DNA from: an uncultured Polyangiaceae bacterium
Lineage (GTDB): Bacteria > Myxococcota_A > Polyangia > Polyangiales > Polyangiaceae
Assembly: GCA_964236615.1 (NCBI GenBank)
Contig: CAXSGV010000007.1
Coordinates: forward strand, 7,279-35,509
Reading direction: 5' to 3'
DNA length: 28,231 nucleotides
How positions within the stretch are numbered: position 1 is the first letter of the stretch; the number at the start of each line of letters is the position of its first letter. Both the position numbers and the translations under genes were made by a program. Positions 1 through 6,639 of the stretch are shown here, piece by piece. The notes below the pieces were generated by a model, which did no database searches, had not been told where the DNA came from, and saw only the letters and a list, made by a program, of their open reading frames with translations.

Positions 1-927
1 GCCGCATTTGCCGAGGCCAAGCTCACCGACGCCAGCGGGCGGCTGTACGCGAGCCCTTGCCCGCGGCGCGCGCTTCGGATCGGCGACCACCGTGCCTTGA
101 ACGACGGCGGCGTTCGCGCCCGTCTTGCCGTACACACGCGTGCCGCCGCTCGAGTAGTCACCGATGGCTTCGGTATTTTTCGTGTCGGAGGTCGGGAAAT
201 TCCCCTGGTTCAACACGTCGTGGTTGCCGGTGACCCACAGCCACGGCACGCGCAGGCCTTCGGGCGTGAAGACATCCTTGCCGTCGTTGTCGGGACCAGG
301 AACCGGATCGTCGACCGCCCCGGAGTCGCACTTGAGCGGTGCGGCACCGTTGAAGACGCCAAGCACCCAGTCGAGCTCGTTCTTCTGTGCGTTGTCGACG
401 TTGTCGCCGCCCCACATCACGGCGTCGAGCGGGGCGCCGGCGTGGATCTGGTTGATCGTGTGGACGACCGCGTCGAGCGTGCGGCAGCCGTACGACTCTT
501 GCGGGCGGAACGCGCCGTCGGTGAGCACGGGGGTGTCGACCGCGACGACGCGCGCGGGCGACTCGTCGTCTGCGAGCTGGAAGTCGGCGGTGTGCACGAA
601 GCGTGCGACGAGCTGGCGGTTCGGACCCGGGGTCGGCGTCGCGGTGTTCTCGGGCATGCGATCGACGAGGTCTTCGCCGGGCCCACGCGTGAACGTTCCC
701 CAGCCTTCGCCGAGCATCGCGTCGAGGCTCTTGGGGTCGTTCGGCTTGCGAGGATCGGCGCGCGTCACCCGCGGATGCGTGGGGATGATCTTCGTCTTGT
801 CGGTGGCGTCGACCAAGCCGGAGCGTGGTGCGCGCGGGACGTCGGGCTGCTTGTCGGAGCAGCCTTGTGACGACGCGACGAGCGTTGCAAGCCCTGCTAC
901 CAACCACGTTAGCTGCCGTCGCATCAT
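1..927 (-). CDS. Secreted calcineurin-like metallophosphoesterase (possible lipoprotein), 3' end runs off the window
   Basis: Not in the ORF track because it is open at the left edge. My translation from ATG 927 (alternative 924): MMRRQLTWLVAGLATLVASSQGC... It carries the metallophosphoesterase motifs FVHTADFQLADDES, MWGGDNVDNAQ and VTGNHDV. The N-terminus is hydrophobic and ends in QGC. Confidence 0.85.
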   Translation of the reverse strand, partial: MMRRQLTWLVAGLATLVASSQGCSDKQPDVPRAPRSGLVDATDKTKIIPTHPRVTRADPRKPNDPKSLDAMLGEGWGTFTRGPGEDLVDRMPENTATPTPGPNRQLVARFVHTADFQLADDESPARVVAVDTPVLTDGAFRPQESYGCRTLDAVVHTINQIHAGAPLDAVMWGGDNVDNAQKNELDWVLGVFNGAAPLKCDSGAVDDPVPGPDNDGKDVFTPEGLRVPWLWVTGNHDVLNQGNFPTSDTKNTEAIGDYSSGGTRVYGKTGANAAVVQGTVVADPKRAPRARARVQPPAGVGELGLGKCG

Positions 928-938
928 CTAAGAATTCG

Positions 939-947
939 AGTATATCA
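939..947 (-). promoter_or_regulatory. Extended -10 promoter element (TGaTATACT) for the metallophosphoesterase
   Basis: The minus strand reads GGTGATATACTCGAATTCTTAGATG. A TGn+TATACT element lies 11 nt upstream of ATG 927, inside an AT-rich 27 bp divergent gap. No Shine-Dalgarno sequence is present. Confidence 0.5.
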
Positions 948-954
948 CCGGTCG

Positions 955-2907
955 ATGTCCTCCCGATCGAACGCCGACACGCCTCTTTTGCGCGCCCTCG
1001 AAGGCGAGGCGCTGGTCGTGGATGGGGCGATGGGCACGCAGCTCTACGAGCGCGGCGTCCTCTTCACCGCGTGCTTCGAGGAGCTCAACGTCTCCCGCGC
1101 CGAGATCGTGCTTCGCGTGCACGAGGACTACCTTCGCGCCGGCGCGCAGATCATCGAGACCAACACCTTCGGCGCCAACGCGCTTCGTCTCGACAAGCAC
1201 GGCGCCGAGGGGCGGGTGCGCGAGCTCAACCTCGCCGGTGCGCGCATCGCACGCCAGGCCACCGAGGCTCGCCCCGGTGGTCGTCCCGCGTGGGTTGCGG
1301 GCGCCATCGGACCGAGCGGTTACTTCCTCGGCGATCCGAGCGCCGACGATCTCGCGAAGGTGAAGGCCGCGCTCCACGAGCAGGCGCTCGCGCTCGTCGA
1401 AGGTGGGGTGGACGTGCTTCTCGTCGAGACGATGCGGCAGACCCGCGAGCTCGAGGTCGGCATCGCCGCGGCGATCGAGGCGGCGAGGGGAACCGACATC
1501 CCTGTCTTCGGCTCCGTGTCGCTCGACGAGCACGGCCGCATGGCCGACGGCACCGGCGCGCGTGATATCGCGCACCGCATGAAGGACTGGGGCGTGCGCG
1601 CCATTGGCGTCAACTGCTCCGATGGTCCGCAGCACGTCATGACCGCGGTCGAAGCGATGCTCGACACCGATCTCCCCGTGTTCGCGGTCCCGAACGCCGG
1701 TCTCCCGCACCGCGTCGACGAGCGCCTCGTCTACGTCACGACCCCCGAGTATTTCGGCCTCTACGCCCGCCGCATGTTCAAGCTCGGCGTGCGCATGGTC
1801 GGGGGCTGCTGCGGCACGACGCCCGAGCACATCAAGCGCATCGCCGCGTCGGCACGCATGGCGAGCTCGGCGCGCGAGTCCGAGGTCGAAGGCATGCAGT
1901 CGGGTCGCGACACCATGGACAGCATGGGTCCGATCGTCACGGCCGTCGAAGGCGCGCGGCCCGTTCCGTTTCGCGAGAAGAGCAGTCTCGCCTCCAAGAT
2001 CGGGCGCGAGTTCGTCGTGTCGGTCGAGGTCAACCCGCCCGTCGGGCTCGATCCGGCAAAAGCGATCGCGGCCGCGCGCATGCTCAAGGCCGGGGGCGTC
2101 GACGTGATCAACATCGCCGACGGCGCGCGCGCCCAGGCTCGCATGAGCAACGTCGCGATGGCCGCGCGCATTCAGGCGGAGGCGGGGATGGAGACCATCC
2201 TCCACGTGTGCGGTCGCGATCGAAACCTGCTCGGCACGCTCGCGCACTTGCTCGGTGCGAACGACATGGGTCTCAAGAACCTCGTCATCATCACCGGCGA
2301 TCCGCCGAAGATGGGCGATTTTCCCGACGCGACGCCGGTCTACGACCTCGACTCGATCGGCATCTTGAAGCTCGCTGCGCGTCTCAATCACGGCGTCGAT
2401 CCTGGCGGTAAATCGCTCGGCGGCGTGACGAGCTTCCTGCTTGCCACCGGTGCCGAGCCCGCCGCGCTCAACTACCCTCGCGAGCTCGCGCGCTTGAAGC
2501 AGAAGAAGGCGGCGGGTGCGGAGCTCGTGATGACGCAGCCCGTTTACGACCCCGCCGTCCTCATCAAATTCCTCGACGACGTGGCGCCGCTCGGTCTGCC
2601 CATCCTCGTCGGCTTGCTTCCGCTCGCGAGCTACCGTAACGCCGAGTTCCTCCACAACGAGGTGCCCGGCATGCAGGTGCCCGAGGCCGTGCGCGAGCGC
2701 ATGCGCAAGGTCGGCGGTGGACCCGCGGGCCGCAAAGAGGGCGTCGCCATCGCACGCGAGATGCTCGAGTCGGTGCGCGACCGCGTCGCTGGTGCCTACG
2801 TGATGCCGCCGCTCGAGCGCTACGAGCTCGCGCTCGAAGTGATCGACGGCTTCCGCGGGCCATGCGGTGACGCCGAGATCCGCGCCCGAGTCGCCGTCTC
2901 CTCATGA
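955..2907 (+). CDS. yitJ: Bifunctional homocysteine S-methyltransferase / 5,10-methylenetetrahydrofolate reductase (YitJ type), 650 aa
   Basis: HMT domain: LVVDGAMGTQL, DYLRAGAQIIETNTFGAN, Zn ligands GVNCSDGP and GGCCGTTPEHI. MTHFR domain: VSVEVNPP, INIADG, ETILHVCGRDRN, ITGDPP, VMTQPVYD, AYVMPP. Confidence 0.95.
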   Translation: MSSRSNADTPLLRALEGEALVVDGAMGTQLYERGVLFTACFEELNVSRAEIVLRVHEDYLRAGAQIIETNTFGANALRLDKHGAEGRVRELNLAGARIARQATEARPGGRPAWVAGAIGPSGYFLGDPSADDLAKVKAALHEQALALVEGGVDVLLVETMRQTRELEVGIAAAIEAARGTDIPVFGSVSLDEHGRMADGTGARDIAHRMKDWGVRAIGVNCSDGPQHVMTAVEAMLDTDLPVFAVPNAGLPHRVDERLVYVTTPEYFGLYARRMFKLGVRMVGGCCGTTPEHIKRIAASARMASSARESEVEGMQSGRDTMDSMGPIVTAVEGARPVPFREKSSLASKIGREFVVSVEVNPPVGLDPAKAIAAARMLKAGGVDVINIADGARAQARMSNVAMAARIQAEAGMETILHVCGRDRNLLGTLAHLLGANDMGLKNLVIITGDPPKMGDFPDATPVYDLDSIGILKLAARLNHGVDPGGKSLGGVTSFLLATGAEPAALNYPRELARLKQKKAAGAELVMTQPVYDPAVLIKFLDDVAPLGLPILVGLLPLASYRNAEFLHNEVPGMQVPEAVRERMRKVGGGPAGRKEGVAIAREMLESVRDRVAGAYVMPPLERYELALEVIDGFRGPCGDAEIRARVAVSS

Positions 2908-4268
2908 CGCGAGCTCGGCGCGCGATGGTTATCGCCGCGCTCTCCATCACCGCATGCCGCGGCGGCTGCTCGGCGTGCGCGGGGCCATCGGGTGACGCGA
3001 TCGAAGGCGGCGTGCTCGCGATCGACACGGCGATGGTGCTGCTCGACTCGGGACCGCCGGCCGACGCAGGCCTCGTCCTCGCGCCTCCGCGCTGCACGGC
3101 GACTGGCACGATGCTGCCGCTCGCGCCCGCTCCTGCGCTCGGTGATCTCGCGATCGGCGATGCCGTCGCCACCCCGAGCGCCTACGCGATCGGCATGATT
3201 CGCCGGCAGCCCGCCGCCGCGCCCGGCCGTCCGGGCAAAGTGCTCAGCGTGGCGCTCCTCACCCCGGCGCTCGATCGCGTCAGCTACGTCGACCTCGGCA
3301 CACCGAACGGCGACGATCCTCCACCGCGCCCGTTTCTGCGTGACGGCATCGTGTGGGTCGCCTGGTACGAGCACACGCGCGACGCGTCGACCGCACGCAA
3401 CCTCGTCGTTGCTCCGTTGCCGAGCGCCGACACGAAAGCGCAAGCTGGGGTGCCCTTGCCGCAGGCGGTGTCGATCCCGCAAGGCATCGACGAGTCCCTC
3501 GCGTTCGATGTCGCGACGAAGGGCGGCATGTCACCGACGCTCGTCACGTGGGACGAGGATGGCGCGAAGGGTGGCGTCATTCGCGTCGCGATCGCGGGCG
3601 GCGAGGTCACCATTGCATCGCCGGAGACCTCCGACGCCGAGAGCCCACGCATCGCTCCGCGCATCGGCGGTGGCTGGTGGCTCGTGTGGATCGCGCGCCG
3701 TCCCGAGATCGGCACCGAAGAGGCCGGCGTCGAAGGCCCCGGCGAGAGCCGCTCCTACCGATGGCTCGAGTCGGTCGCGCTCGACGAAGGAGGGAAGCGA
3801 ACGGGTGACGTGCGTCGGCTCACATCGGCGAGCGGTCACATCGCCGCGTACGACGTTCTCCCTTCAGGCGCGGGGCTCGAGCTCGTCGCGCGCGAGGACG
3901 ATGAGCTCCGCGAGGGCAACGGAGCCAAGATCCTCCGCGTCGTGCTGGGGAAGGACGGCCCCTCGCCCACCACGACGGTCGTTCGCGAGGGGGCCGGCGG
4001 CGGCGGTCCTGACCTCGTGGGCACCGGCGACATCGGCTGGGTCGTCTTCTCGGACCCCCTCGAGCACCTCCGGATCGCGCCCATCCTCCTCGCGGCGGCC
4101 GGACCGAGCCCCATTCACTCGCCCCTTCCGAGCGCCGAGCCCGCCTTCGAAGGGGGCCGCGTTCTGGCTGTTGCAGCGGGCGCCAAAGCCAATTCCGGCG
4201 ATCCAGACCCTCCTCTCCTGGCCGTCACTGAGAAGGGGGAGGCGCGCTTCGTGCACTGCGCCCGTTGA
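2904..4268 (+). CDS. Hypothetical lipoprotein, 454 aa, beta-rich (propeller-like fold is a guess)
   Basis: ATGA overlap with the yitJ stop. Signal peptide MTRARRAMVIAALSITAC with an ITAC lipobox. The body has repeated short beta-strand-like segments (IVWVAWYE, WWLVWIAR, WVVFSD). Confidence 0.7.
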   Translation: MTRARRAMVIAALSITACRGGCSACAGPSGDAIEGGVLAIDTAMVLLDSGPPADAGLVLAPPRCTATGTMLPLAPAPALGDLAIGDAVATPSAYAIGMIRRQPAAAPGRPGKVLSVALLTPALDRVSYVDLGTPNGDDPPPRPFLRDGIVWVAWYEHTRDASTARNLVVAPLPSADTKAQAGVPLPQAVSIPQGIDESLAFDVATKGGMSPTLVTWDEDGAKGGVIRVAIAGGEVTIASPETSDAESPRIAPRIGGGWWLVWIARRPEIGTEEAGVEGPGESRSYRWLESVALDEGGKRTGDVRRLTSASGHIAAYDVLPSGAGLELVAREDDELREGNGAKILRVVLGKDGPSPTTTVVREGAGGGGPDLVGTGDIGWVVFSDPLEHLRIAPILLAAAGPSPIHSPLPSAEPAFEGGRVLAVAAGAKANSGDPDPPLLAVTEKGEARFVHCAR

Positions 4269-4299
4269 ATCACGGTACGGGTTCGACTACGTTTTCCGC
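4265..4299 (+). promoter_or_regulatory. sigma70-type promoter of the tRNA unit: -35 TTGAAT (4265-4270), 17 bp spacer, -10 TACGTT (4288-4293), GC-rich discriminator
   Basis: Canonical 17 bp spacing, a TAnnnT -10 box and TTCCGCCG downstream, ending 14 nt before the mature tRNA 5' end. This is typical of stable-RNA promoters. Confidence 0.65.
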
Positions 4300-4307
4300 C
4301 GTGCAGC

Positions 4308-4381
4308 GGGCCTATAGCTCAATCGGTCAGAGCCCCCGGCTCATAACCGGGCTGTTCCTGGTTCGAACCCAGGTGGGCCCA
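4308..4381 (+). tRNA. tRNA with CAT anticodon, most likely tRNA-Ile2 (lysidine-modified); CCA not encoded
   Basis: Full cloverleaf: acceptor GGGCCTA/TGGGCCC plus A73, D arm GCTC/GAGC, anticodon arm CCCGG-CTCATAA-CCGGG (CAT at 4342-4344), T arm CCTGG-TTCGAAC-CCAGG. The G1-C72 pair and the lack of three G-C pairs at 29-31 exclude the initiator. C4-G69 and C5-G68 match the TilS determinants. Elongator Met is not fully excluded. Confidence 0.95.
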
Positions 4382-4419
4382 CGAAACAAACAGGCTTCTG
4401 GCCACGGACGAGGTAACGT

Positions 4420-5157
4420 TTGAGCAGCATCCCCGAGCAGATTCAATCGTTGGAAGACCTCGCCGCCGTCGACGCGGCGTTGAAGATCCTCGAAGACCAG
4501 TTGACGCAGGAGCGCTCGACCCTCTCGACGCTGAAGGGCGGTCTTTCGAAGCTCGAAGAGAAGCTGAAGACCGATCGCACCCAGGTCACCACGCTCGACA
4601 AGACGCGCAACGACCTCGTGACCGAGGTGCGAACGATGATGCAGCAGCTCGATCACTCGCGCGACAAGCTGAATCGATCGCGCAACGAGCGCGAATCGAA
4701 CGCAGCCCAGCGCGAGCTCGAAGAGCTTCGCAAGCTCGTACGCGATCGTGAGGAAGAGATCGGCAAGCTCACGACCGACGCCGACGGCGCGCGTCTCCAG
4801 ATCGAGACCACCGAAGAGGAGTCGAAGAAGATCGCGGCCGACCTCGGTGCACGCGAAGGCGACATCCACTCGAAGCTCGGTGAGGTCGAGGAAGAGAAGA
4901 AGCGTCGCATCAGCGAGCGCGAAGGCATCGTGAAGAAGCTGCCGCCCGTCCTCTACCGCAAGTACGAGATGATTCGTACGAAGCGTTCGAGCGGCATCGC
5001 CCAGACCACCGACGGCACGTGCCGGGCGTGCAACATGGCGCTCCCGCCGCAGCTGTTTCATCGCTTGCGGCGCGACCCGGTGCTCGAGCAATGCCCCTCG
5101 TGCAACCGCATCATCTACTTCGTTCCGCCGCACGCCGCTCCCGGCGGCAAGACCTGA
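4420..5157 (+). CDS. C4-type zinc-ribbon coiled-coil protein (DUF164 / HP0958 / CT398-like), 245 aa
   Basis: A long charged heptad-like region, then DGTCRACNMALPP...LEQCPSCNRIIY. The N-terminus LQSLEDLAAVD is also typical of the family. TTG start with a GAGG SD 6 nt upstream. Confidence 0.88.
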   Translation: MSSIPEQIQSLEDLAAVDAALKILEDQLTQERSTLSTLKGGLSKLEEKLKTDRTQVTTLDKTRNDLVTEVRTMMQQLDHSRDKLNRSRNERESNAAQRELEELRKLVRDREEEIGKLTTDADGARLQIETTEEESKKIAADLGAREGDIHSKLGEVEEEKKRRISEREGIVKKLPPVLYRKYEMIRTKRSSGIAQTTDGTCRACNMALPPQLFHRLRRDPVLEQCPSCNRIIYFVPPHAAPGGKT

Positions 5158-5190
5158 GCGCGGCGTGATCGTGACGGAAAGCCGAGCGTC

Positions 5191-6573
5191 GTGAAGAGCT
5201 GCCCGTCGTGCCAGCGGGTTTACCCGAACGACGCAGGCTTTTGCCCTGCGGACGGTACGGGGCTCGTCTTCACGAGCATGGTGCCGATCGCGAAGAGCGA
5301 CGACCCCCGCATCGGCCAACGTCTCGCCAACCGTTACGAGCTCCGCCGCGTCGTCGCTGACGGCGGCATGGGGCGCGTCTACGAGGGCGTCGACAAAGAG
5401 GGTGACCGTCGCATCGCGGTGAAGGTCCTCCACGACGACGTATCGCGCGACGAGATCGCGCTCGAGCGGTTCAAGCGCGAGTGGGAGATCTCACAGAAGC
5501 TTCCGCATCCGAACATCGTCAACGTCTTCGACTTCCAGCGCGACACCCCGCTCGGCGTGTGGCTGCTCGTGATGGAGTTCCTCGATGGCGAGGAGCTTCG
5601 GATCGTTCTCAAGCGCGAGAAGGTGATCGCGCCCGAGCGCGTGATCCGCATGGTCGCGCAGGTGGCTTTGGCGCTCGACGCCGCGCACGCCGTCAAATTC
5701 GTCCACCGCGATCTCAAGCCCGACAACCTCTTCTTGTGCGGCACGCGCGAGGGCGACATCGCCAAGGTTCTCGACTTCGGATCGGTGAAGGACAAGAACA
5801 CCGACGCCAAGAAGCTCACCGTGCTCGGCACCACGATCGGCTCGCCCTATTACATGGCGCCCGAGCAGGCGCAGGGGCTCGACACCCTCGACGCACGCGC
5901 CGACGTCTTCGCGCTCGCTGCGATCGCCTACGAGTGCATCGTCGGGACGGTTCCGTTCGAAGGCTCGAACGGTCCTTCGATCCTTCTCGCGATCCTCACG
6001 AAGGATCCCGAGCCGCCCAGCGTAAAGGGTGCAAAGTCCCCGTTTCCGATTCCGCCCGGTCTCGACGACGTGATGGAAGAGGCGCTCGCGAAGAACCCCA
6101 ACATCCGCACGCAGAGCGTCGGCAAGCTCGCCGATGCGATCGGTCACGCCTACGGGCTCGAGGGCGATCACCTCCTCTGGGCCACCGTCCCCCAGGCGGA
6201 GCTACAACGTCAGATCGGCGAAGCGCGTCCGCGCGTGATGCAGAAGAAGGTGGCGTTCGAAGCCGCCGTCGATCCGTTTGCCGCACCGCCTCCCGGCCAG
6301 CACGGCCAGCACGGCCATCAAGGCTACGCGCCCGGCGCCGGTGGTGGCTTCGTCCAGCAACCGCAAGGCGGCGCGCCGAGCTACGCGCGTGGCATGGACC
6401 AAGCTTTCTCCAACGTCCGCGATGGATCGTACGACACAGCGGCCGACGGGCCGATGGGCATCCCCGGCATCGGCAACGGCGAGCGACCTCCGTGGTTGAT
6501 CCCGGTGGTCGTCGGCGTTGCCGCGCTCGTGATCGGCGGTGGCTTAGCCCTCGTCTTCGCGCTCGGCCACTGA
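5191..6573 (+). CDS. Hanks-type Ser/Thr protein kinase with N-terminal zinc ribbon and C-terminal membrane anchor, 460 aa
   Basis: CPSC...FCPADG zinc ribbon. Kinase motifs DGGMGRVY, IAVKVL, ERFKRE, HRDLKPDN, DFG, GSPYYMAPEQ, DVFALA. A Gln/Gly/Pro linker leads to one hydrophobic helix at the very C-terminus. Confidence 0.95.
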   Translation: MKSCPSCQRVYPNDAGFCPADGTGLVFTSMVPIAKSDDPRIGQRLANRYELRRVVADGGMGRVYEGVDKEGDRRIAVKVLHDDVSRDEIALERFKREWEISQKLPHPNIVNVFDFQRDTPLGVWLLVMEFLDGEELRIVLKREKVIAPERVIRMVAQVALALDAAHAVKFVHRDLKPDNLFLCGTREGDIAKVLDFGSVKDKNTDAKKLTVLGTTIGSPYYMAPEQAQGLDTLDARADVFALAAIAYECIVGTVPFEGSNGPSILLAILTKDPEPPSVKGAKSPFPIPPGLDDVMEEALAKNPNIRTQSVGKLADAIGHAYGLEGDHLLWATVPQAELQRQIGEARPRVMQKKVAFEAAVDPFAAPPPGQHGQHGHQGYAPGAGGGFVQQPQGGAPSYARGMDQAFSNVRDGSYDTAADGPMGIPGIGNGERPPWLIPVVVGVAALVIGGGLALVFALGH

Positions 6574-6627
6574 CGTTCGCTTCACCGCGAGTGTTCGCGC
6601 TCGGGCACTGACGTCCGCTTCACCGCG
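6553..6627. repeat. Tandem duplication, 37 bp x2 (period 38), spanning the kinase stop codon
   Basis: GTCTTCGCGCTCGGCCACTGACGTTCGCTTCACCGCG (6553-6589) versus GTGTTCGCGCTCGGGCACTGACGTCCGCTTCACCGCG (6591-6627): 34 of 37 identical. Confidence 0.9.
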
Positions 6628-6639
6628 CTCGTAACGGCG

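Noticed and set aside
1-60. Apparent drop in codon bias of the metallophosphoesterase frame in the first 60 nt (13/20 GC3 versus 17/20 in the next 60 nt; the plus frame reads AAFAEAKLTDASGRLYA), which could mean a junction or frameshift
   Set aside because: Twenty codons are too few, the frame stays open, and the sequence to the left is not available.
97-2655. Long track ORFs 97..870(+), 158..907(-), 164..931(+), 825..1565(+) and 928..2655(-)
   Set aside because: Shadow frames of the metallophosphoesterase and yitJ. They have Arg/Ala-rich or antisense-type composition with no motifs, which is expected at high GC.
4308-4420. tRNA as an integration site for a genomic island
   Set aside because: No integrase, no repeat of the tRNA 3' end noticed elsewhere in the window, and no visible composition shift.
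5344-5370. Kinase glycine loop VADGGMG lacks the first Gly
   Set aside because: A tolerated variant in bacterial Hanks kinases. All catalytic residues are intact, so this is not a pseudokinase.
4327-5433. 368 aa minus-strand ORF covering the tRNA and zinc-ribbon gene
   Set aside because: Antisense shadow. It overlaps a clear tRNA and two genes with strong motifs.
5481-6611. 376 aa alternative-frame ORF inside the kinase that also ends in VFALGH
   Set aside because: Arg-rich off-frame sequence. The shared ending comes only from the 37-bp duplication, which is reported separately.
6553-6627. Possible mini CRISPR array (37-bp repeats)
   Set aside because: Only two copies, separated by 1 nt with no spacer, and no cas genes in the window.
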